A DNA stretch of 64,000 bases from contig JAPLME010000011.1 in NCBI GenBank assembly GCA_026387175.1, forward strand, positions 1,856 through 65,855, given 5' to 3'. This stretch comes from Candidatus Omnitrophota bacterium (GTDB lineage: Bacteria; Omnitrophota; Gorgyraeia; 2-01-FULL-45-10). Below the pieces are notes generated by a model. It was not told the DNA's origin, made no database searches, and saw only the letters and a list, made by a program, of their open reading frames with translations. Shown here in pieces: positions 15,001-24,900 of this stretch. Within the stretch, counting starts at the first letter, position 1. Every line of letters starts with the position of its first letter. The translations under genes and the position numbers were made by a program.

Positions 15001-15990
15001 CTTACTCCGCCTGTCTTAAGTGATGATATACCGGTCCTAAATACCCTCATCTTAGGCGGCGGCACACTCACTCGTAACGGCACCGATCAGGTAGCTTTAA
15101 CCTTGCGTAACAACGATAGCGATTCCTTAGCTTTGAATAGTTCCACGATCAGTAATAACGCGATTATCCGCTTTGCTCCACCGGCTCCCGGCGCAATGGA
15201 TGGAGTAGCGGAGCCTATCACTGTAACTATCCCGGCAGGTAACTATGGCACAGCGCAAGTAGAAGCTTACGCTCAGTTTAATAATAGCGTCGATCAACCT
15301 CAAGGAGTTATCAGCTATAAACTGGCAGGAGATATCACCGCGGCGGGCAGTTTAAATATCTACGCGGATGCAGGGCTCCCTGCAACCACCTTTAGCCTGA
15401 ATGACGGCGCGAATAATTATAATCTTTACAGCTCTACTCCGGGGCTCATATATTTAGGTAAAGATTGCGCTCAAGGAGCCGTTACATTTAACTCCGGATC
15501 GGGCACGGTAAATGTAACATCCTTTGGTATCATTCCGAATAATGCCGGCAGCCATACCGTAAATCTTAATTCATCCACATGGAACATTTCCGGAGACTGG
15601 CAGCCGGAAGGAGAAGGGAACAGCGCTTCGAATTTGAATGCCGGGACCTCCACCTTCCACTATATCGGCACCGGCGCCGCCACCTTATATGGTCTAAAAT
15701 CCGGCCCTAACATTAATACTATGCCTTTCTACAACCTGACCTCTACGGCGGCAGGCAAGACACTCAACTTTGAGGCAGGCAAGACCGTAAAGATAGCCAA
15801 TAACATAAGCCTCACCGGCGGATCGAGCAAGATGCTATTACGCAGTACTAGCACCGGTTCCTACTGGAACATAAATGTCGCGCCCGCGGCCACAGCCACA
15901 TTCATGAGCTATCTGGATGTTAAAGACTCCGACGCGAGTTCCGGCAATACTATCGCCGCCACAGCCTGTATCGGCAGTACACAGCATAAC
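1..15990 (+). repeat. Three tandem coding macro-repeats of ~5.3-5.4 kb (1-5280, 5281-10701, 10702-~15990)
   Basis: Units 1-3 start at HNW-x5-(N/I)VYWTNASGDG(K/L)WSTAANWSTG. Long near-identical DNA tracts occur, e.g. ~4350-4880 vs ~9770-10300. Unit 3 diverges at its 3' end. Confidence 0.9.
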
Positions 15991-18900
15991 CTTAACTGGA
16001 CCTTTAGCACAGGCGGCGCTGCGATCTGGATCGCCGATGGCGCTAAGAACTGGTCCGACGCCACCGCCTGGAGCACGGTCAGTGTTCCCACGACGACCGG
16101 AACGGCGGAGATCCTATTTACAGGCGACCATAAGGGAGCTTGCACTATAAATGCCGCGGCAAATGTAAAGAGCATTAATATCCTGAGCGGTTACACGGGA
16201 ACCATCACCCAGGCCGGCACAGTTACTGCCGGGTCGGGCGGCTACGCTCAGGCAGACGGCGTATTTAACTGCGGAGGACAGGCTGTTAACGTAAACGGGC
16301 CGTTTACATTGTCCGGAGGGACATTCGACGCCGCAAACTCGACCATAGCAATAACCGGCGGTAATATCAATCTCTCGGGCGGCGCGTTCGCTCCCGTCGC
16401 CTCGACGGTGACGCTCTCCGGGACCTGTGCCATTAATTCCGATATCCCGGCCCTTAATATCATGACCTTTAATCCCGGGACATATACCATTGCCGCGGGC
16501 AAGACCATCAGCGCGCCCGCCAACAGCTTACTGAGCTTCGCCGGCACCGGCACATCGAACATGGTCACATTAAGGAGCTCCGCGCCCGGGACGAGATGGA
16601 ACCTGGCTAATGCCTCAGGCTCCACAGTTACGCCTGTCTATACGGATGTTATGGATTCTAACGCTTCTAATCTTATCTCCGCCGCTAATTCCAAGGACTC
16701 CGGAAATAATATCAACTGGGTGTGCACCGGCACGCTCACTAATGCCAGTGTCCTGCCGGCATCATTGGTCGCGGGGGTAAGCGGCAATGTAACGGTGAAC
16801 TTTACCACGGTAAACCCTATTCCGAATAACGGCAAGATCGTAGTTACCCTCCCCAGCAACTTTACGTTTAATTCCGGCGGCGCCACGGCAGTCTCCGGCG
16901 CCCCGACAGGCATAGATGGAAATTTCTCAGTATCAGTGGAAGGCCCATCGGCCATCATTACCAGATCGGGCGGCACATCCGCGGGCGCGGGAGCCAAGTC
17001 GATCATTCTCACTAACATAAAGAACCCGACTGCCCCTTGCACTACAGGGACGTATTCTATCGCCACCAGAACTTCCGCGGATGCTTCTATCGACAGCTTG
17101 ACCGGGATCGCCGGAAGCGTTATCACTGCCGCCAGCGTGACGAGCTGGGACCTGAATATGAATGCCGGAACTCTTACGCTTAATTTCAACGCCGGTATAA
17201 CCGCCGCCAGCCTTGCCGCTACAGGCATAACGATACAGAACACAATTGCTTCACCGAGCGCTTCCTATACATTAACCGACAGCACTACCGCAAGCTCAAA
17301 CGGCACGGCTATCACGATCACGTTATCCGATACGGACAGAAATACGATTAAGGCTACCGCTAATCTCGCGAAAGCCCAGAACAGCAGTTGCCTCAGCATC
17401 ACCTCGGCAGCCTTTATGGATCTGTATAATAACCCTATAACAGCTATCACCGGATCTTTGGCGATGAATGTCACGAACTATACGACGGATATCACGGCTC
17501 CGGGGTTGTCGAGCTGGACGCTGGATATGAATACGCATATGGTGGAGATGACCTTTAACGAACCTGTCGCCATAAGCTCATTCGATCAGACGAAATTCAC
17601 GATACAGGATGACTCGGGCCATGCTTATACTTTAGCCGCGTCGAACAATACTTATATCGAGGACCCGTATGACAATATGCTGGCGGGCGGCTATGCTATA
17701 GGCTCGACTAACAACATGAAGCTGCGCATCAAGCTTACCACGAAAGATTTTAACGCGCTGGTGGACGACGCCAATATAGCCAAGGCGCGCTCATCCTCAT
17801 ATTTAGTTATCGCTACGGAAAGCGGTGTGCGGGACAAAGCGACTTTAGCCAACGCACTGGCCGCCATCCCGGCGACGAATGCCGCGAGCTATACCGCCAA
17901 CTCCGTCGTCGCCGCCCAGTTCTACGTCACAACATCATCCTATGCGACCGCAACGACACTGACAGCCGGAACCTTTAAGGATATAGTCATAAAGGCGTAT
18001 GATAACCTTGGTTACCGCACCCCGGCTTACACAGGGGACAAGACGGTGGTCTTCTCAGACGCCGGGCTTTCCGCGGATCAAATCGCGCCTAAAGCCAAAG
18101 ACAAGAATAACGTGTCTATAGTTTTTGGTACCGGCACCACGATCGCCTTCACAAACGGAAGAGGCACAAGCACTATTACCCTGTATAAGAAAGAGGTGGT
18201 GCTGATAAAAGCGACCGTTGGCGCTATTACCACCGCCGATAATTATTCCCTGACGGTAACCGTTAATCCGGATGTGAAGGCTAAGCTGGTCTTCACCACA
18301 CAGCCGTCCGCCACCGGCATTATCAATAGCGCTTTAACCCAGCAGCCCGTCGTAGTCATCAGGGACCAATACGGCAACCGGACCGCGGATACGGATGAAA
18401 TCCAGATTAACGCGTCGACCGCCGGAATATTTTTTAATCCTGCCGCCGGCACGTTATCGGCGACTTCTAACCCGTTGGCCGCGGTAGACGGAGAAGCGGT
18501 ATTCGCCGGGGTTAAATACAACATCGCGGAGACGATATATATATATGCAAGTTCCGGTAATCTTGCCGGCGCCTATTCCGGGGCTATCGAGCTTAGCTCA
18601 GGCGTGTCCACTACAGTGGAGGCTGCCGCCCAGCCGCAGGCAAGCTTCCCGCTCATTCCTACGAATGACATCGAGACCGAGAAGTTCACTGTCCTGAAAT
18701 TTAAGATTAAAGACGCCGGTGATGACGGGACTCCTACTCTGATAGACAGAATAAAGATAGCCATTACCGGCACGGCCCAGCCGAGCGCGTCGACCGATAT
18801 CGCCTGGGCGGAATTAAGGGCGAATAACGGGGGAGACCATCAGGTTACTTTTGTTGCCGGGCCCTCAGGTTTCGAGGTTGACGGCTCCACCACTTATATC

Positions 18901-21900
18901 GTTTTCGGAAACGAACCTGATGCCCGCAGCGATTCGACCCTGGGCGCAATAGCGGCCGACGGTACGATACCGGATGGCGGCGAGATAGAATATACGGTAA
19001 AGATCTATATGAAACCCTCGAAGTTGACCGCCACGGACAAACAGGGCTACAATTTCACTACGAATGAGTCGCTCATCGGTGTAGATATGGGCGTATCGTC
19101 GAGGATGACGACAGACAGCGGGAAGATAACGCCTGTTGTCGGGCAGATCACGGTGAATGTATCGAATTTTGAGATCGTGGATCAGACCCCGCCTAATAAT
19201 GCCGCGATCAACGTTATCGCGGGCATCGCGTCTTATCTCCAGGTAAGGGCCACTGATAGCAATAAGAATATAGACATAGACTATGCCGGCGTGAAGAGCC
19301 TTATCTTCTCGGGATTGAGCTCGATAAACGGTTATACCCCCACGATAGGAACCACGACTAAGGTAACCTTTGGCGCCCCTACTTCAATAAATTTCGTAGC
19401 GGGCCAGTCATATAATTTAACAGGTACCGCGGTTGCCTTAACTGCTTATGCCAAAGGCACGGAAAACCTCAGGGCAGCGGATTATAATAAAACTCCGCCG
19501 CCATACGGCGTCTTCCCCTGCGCGGTGACGGTGGACAGCACCACGGCAAACAGTATAGGGCTAGCCGCAGGCAACAACCAGAGCGGATTGGGAGGGCGCG
19601 CATTGTCCAATCCTTTAGCGGCTATCGTTCGCGATCTTTACGGCAACCCCGTTAATTCCGGCACAGCCGTAACTTTCGCGGTATCGAGCGAGCCTGCCGG
19701 CACAACAACTCACGCCGGTTTGGATACACCCACGACTTCTACCGGCTCAAACGGCCAGGCTTCCACTCATCTTACTCTGGGCAACGCTAAAGGCACATAT
19801 CAGGTAACGGCAACATCCGGCTCGCTTGCCGGATCTCCCGTTACCTTCAGCGCCTCCGCCCGCGTCCCGGCGACACTATACATATTTGGCGGCAATCACC
19901 AGTCGGCGGTTGTGGCCACTCAGCTGCCGCTCGCTCTTGTGGTCCAGCTTTTAGATAGCGAGACTATCCCTCAGCCTATCGCGGGTGAGACCATAAACTT
20001 CGCGATAAAGGCCCAACCCACCGGCGCGGGCTCTTTCCTGTCAAGCTCTACGGCTGTCACTGACGCGGAAGGCAAGGCTCAGGTACCTCAGATCCTATTC
20101 ACATTGGGAATGATAGCGGGAACTGACGCTTATGAGGTCAGGGCGACTTACTCGAATTTAACGCCGGCTGATTTCACTGCCACCGCTGCCCCATCGCCGG
20201 CTTATAAGGCGGTTTTGGACGGCCCGGCGTCCGTGAATGCGGGTATTGTCGCCACGTTCAGTATAAATATTAAGGATACCTACGATAACGCGAGCACCAT
20301 TGCCACAACACCTATGGCATTTAATATTACCGCCACTCCGTCTCTGGGGGCGTTTTACAGCGATGCCGCGTGTACGAGCGCTCCGATCACTACGATGACC
20401 GTTCCGGGCGGAAGCAGTACAGCGACGTTCTATTTCAAAAGCTCCGTAACTGGAACCGCTAACATTGCAGCTACCACTACAGATGTCAGATTGGATGCTG
20501 ACCATCGGGTCGGTTCCATCACCGGCTTCACTGTTATGCCGGAAAGCCTGCATCACTTTACAGTTACCGCGGCAAATACGGACCCGATGACAGTAGGTGA
20601 GCCAAGGACGCTCAGCATAAAAGCCCGTGATATATATGATAACGTGAAAACCGATTTGAATGCCACTTTTAATGTAACATTCTCCGGTGCCACCGTCTCT
20701 CCGTCTCCCTCGAGCGCAGCGCTGGGCACGGCGCCGACCTGTTCGGGCCACGGCAGTGAAGCCGTAGGCGCTAACATAACAGGCACACCCGTGGCGTTTG
20801 GCCAGAGCACAAGCATAAGTTTCGCCAATGGCGCGGCAACCACCATATTTACGCCATATAAGGCCGAAGCAGCGCAGATCACAGCGACCTCAGGCATCAC
20901 TACGCCGACTCCTTTAAGTTTAACGGTAAAACACGGCGCCGCGCACCATCTGAAATTCCATGATAATATTCTCAGCCCCCAGACCGCGGGCACAGCCTTT
21001 AATTTTGATACGACCCTGGACGCGGTGGACCTGTACTCGAATATCTGCGATGGGGCAAACCTTGCGCCGGCCTATAACGGTACCGGCAAGACCATCGGCT
21101 GGCCGCTGGTCGATGCCGCGACAGGCAATTCCGGGATAGTTAACGGCCCTGAAACCGGCACCGATGCTTACACCAACCCGGTCGACTTCACAAGCGGCCG
21201 CTCGACCACGCCGCTTAGCGCCACGCTCTATTACGCGCAGACTATTAAGATAGCTCCAAGCGTTACCGGGTTAAGCGCCGGAACCCCGTCCAATAGTATC
21301 GTCGTGCGCCCGGCTGTGCCGAACAGGATCAGATTTACCCAGCAACCGTCCACATCCTGTTTAGCTAATCAGACGCTGGGACAACAGCCATGTGTAGCCA
21401 TCTCTGACCAGTATGGAAATATCTGCGTAAATACCCCTGGCCAGATAACGTTAAAGGCCTCTACTACCCGCGACTCTTATACGTCGGTTATCAATGGTGT
21501 ACTCCGTCCAGCCAGCGGCCTTTTTGTAGCTACGTCAGGCGGTGTGGCGACATTCACAGGCGTGAACTATACTTACCCTGAAATAATATATCTCAGGGCC
21601 CAGGCGTCAGTATCAGGTTATCCATACATTGCCGATATCTATTCTAATGGAATAAATGTGGTCGCGGGCACGGACCTGACCGTTTCCGCGGTATCCGCCA
21701 ATCCCACAGTCTCATCCATAGCAAACGCGAGCACCGATAAAACGGCGGTATTCGCGTTTAAGATCACTGACGCGGGCACTGACGGCCTGGTCGGACTGAT
21801 AAAGAAGATCGTGATCAATCGTTCAGACGCTTATGAGGCGCTTGACTGGACACAATACATAAAAGACGCGGTCCTGAGCGACGGCACAGTTGAAATAGCC

Positions 21901-24900
21901 GGCGCTATAGAAGCGAACGCTATCACCTTCGGCACGGGAACCGCGAATATATATACTGTGCCGAATAACGCCAATAGGACATATACGCTCAGCATTACCA
22001 TCAAGAACTCACTGCCCGCCGGAGCGGATGGAAAGATCCTTGGATTTACGATCAATGCCCGTGACGATATAACTCTTAATGACGCGGGCACTTCAGTGTT
22101 CGCGGACGTGGTTGACCCGGTTACCGCCGGTTCAGCCATTGATGTAGTAGCTACCAACCTTGTGATAAACGGCGACTCTAATATGGATGCCGGCACGCCC
22201 AAGAATATAACAATTACGGCCAAAGACAAGAATAATAATATAGATAAGGATTTTGATGATCACGGGGTAGGGACGAGGGTTATATTTTCGGGCGCTTCCG
22301 TAGTGCAGTCGGACAGGGACTATGGGCCAACCTGCACAGATTATACCGGATCCGGTAAAGCATTCGGCGAACCGACGAGTATATACTTTGCCTCCGGCGT
22401 CAGCACATCTACGATCACTATGTATCTATATAAGGCAGAGACCGCCACCATCTTGGCCTCGGCCGCGTATTTGGGCCACCAGGTGGTTTCCAGTTCCACC
22501 GGCCAGGGCAGGCTGATGGTTACAGTCAGAGGCGGCACCGGCTCCCAGCTCTCCTGGAGCACCAAGCCGGCAGTTAAAGCGGTAGCCGACGCCCCATGGA
22601 AAGCATTCATCGTCGCGGTAATCGACGCTTACGGCAATACCGCTTCGGATGACAGGGAGATAACAGTGAGTATTCCAGACGGCTTATCGCTCTCTCCCGG
22701 TGCTTCCAATAAGGCCACGGCCAACGGAGGGGTAGCCACCTTCGATCATTATGCTGTTCGCGCTCCCGCCGACGCGGCATATCCTAAATATTTTACCGTG
22801 ACAGCTTCCGCCGGAGGTATTTCTACGCCGGAGTCCGACCAGGTCACCCTTGATAAAGAGTACAAAATTTATATAACGGTGAAGGATACAACCAACGCGA
22901 CTACGCTAACCGGGTTTACTTTTACCGTTAAAGATACTAATGGCGTAGACAAGATACCTGAGACTACGCCGGCGCCGCCGTACCCATTTATGATATCTCT
23001 TCCTTATGGGACATATACCTTCATCTACAATCTGGATAAGTATGTTACCTTGAGCCCGGAGAAGGCTGTCAGCGTAGCGAGTGACGCCTCTGACGGCAAA
23101 TATGACAATGTTATTAACTGGACGGAGTATATGACCAGCCTCACTGAAGCTACGGCGGACTATCGTGTAATGTCGAGTTTTGCCTACGATGAAGATAATG
23201 AGTCGCTGGCGATCAGGATATGGCTGGAACGGCGCGGCAAGCTGATAGTGAATAATGACGTAAATAAGATGGGCCCCGCCACGATCGAGGCTTATGAGCC
23301 TAATGAGACAGCGCTCAACGTGATAAATATAGGCGCTCCCGATCCTAATCCCGACTCCGATGGCAATTATTCGACCATCGGCGCCACCTATAAAACTACA
23401 GTAGACAACATCCTGCTGTCCAAAGGCCCGTCTAATTTATTCGGCAAGGCGCTGGAAGCCGGAAAGACGTATTTCGTAAAATGCAAGATAAGTTATGGCG
23501 GCCTTGGCACCGACGGCGTTTACGGAAGCACATATGAAGGCGGCACGACGTTTACCGTGACGGTCAGCCAGAAACTGACTAAACAGATAATAACCCAGTT
23601 GGGTGTGGCCGCCGGCCAAACGGTGGTCGGCGAAATAGCCAAAACGCAGACTGCGGTAGCGGCTGTCAGCACCAGAGTGGATACTAAGGCTGCCGAGGTC
23701 GGCGCTAAAGTGGAGACGGTGGGCACTCAGGTGGCCGCCGCTAACGCTAACGTTTCCAATGTTGGCTCACAGGTCACTAATGTCCAGAGTTCGGCGGCAT
23801 CTATCCTGGAAGGCGTGAACACTACCTTGCCGACGAAGGTTGTGTCTGAATTGGCAAAAGGAGTCATGAGCGAGATGCTCACGCGTAATACGGTCTTAAG
23901 GGCTGACGACTCGATAAAGATAAGATACCGCACAGCGAGCGGACTGGTTCCTACAATGACTATATATAAGGAAGATGGCACCATTCTACCGGACTATAAT
24001 GGTGTGAAGATGAAAGAGATAAGCAACACAGGTATATACGAATACGAGGTTACTGCCAAAGAAGATTGGGGAGCAGGCGAATTCACAGCCGCATGTTCGG
24101 AGAGCACCAAAAATTCCAAGGACAGCATGACCTTAACTATCAAGGCGCTATATACCGCTGGCGCGGGTGTGCAGGAATCCGTAGATGCCGTCGGTGATGC
24201 TGTGTCGAAAGTCTATACGAGGCAGAAAGCTATCGAAGGGTTGCTGGGAAGTTCAGTCGATACGAAGGCCGCCACCACTATATTCGGAAAGGTTAACGGC
24301 CTTAACACTACCGTGGACAGCCTGAACCTTACCACGGTCTCCGCGGACGCGAAGAACGCCAGGACGAACGCGCAGAATGTCGCTAATGAGATCGAAAATA
24401 TAGTTAAGAGCGTGGGTGATATGAAGGCTCAAGCCGCGTCGCTGAAGGAGCTGTCGAACCAGCTCGAACTTATGAAGAGCAGCCTCAGTAAGATATCCCA
24501 GAACACCACCGTGATAACTTCAACCCCTGCCGCTCCCGCGACCACATCATTCGATGGCGGCGCCACTACAGCATCTTCCGGCGGCGGCACCGCTACAGCG
24601 GTATCCGGCGGCACCACTACTATAATCGCGAGCACGGCCGCCCCGGTGAGTACGACAGAGAGCGGTTCGATCATTATGCAGGGCACGCCGGGCGCGCCGC
24701 GGCCGGGTCTTTATTCCAAAAATTATCCGCCCGGCACTTATCGCACGAAGGTCTCTGTCAGCGAGGGCGCGGTCACGGTCGCGGAGTATAATGACGCGGG
24801 AAGCGTTTACAGCACAGAGCGTCGTATATACGACGGACAGAGCACGGTCGTTGTCTCGACTATAGGGAAGGCCACCGGCACGGGTACGGGCGCCGGCGGC

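Noticed and set aside
1-15990. Diversity-generating retroelement acting on the repeats
   Set aside because: There is no reverse transcriptase or non-coding template repeat in the window, and differences between copies are not confined to adenines.
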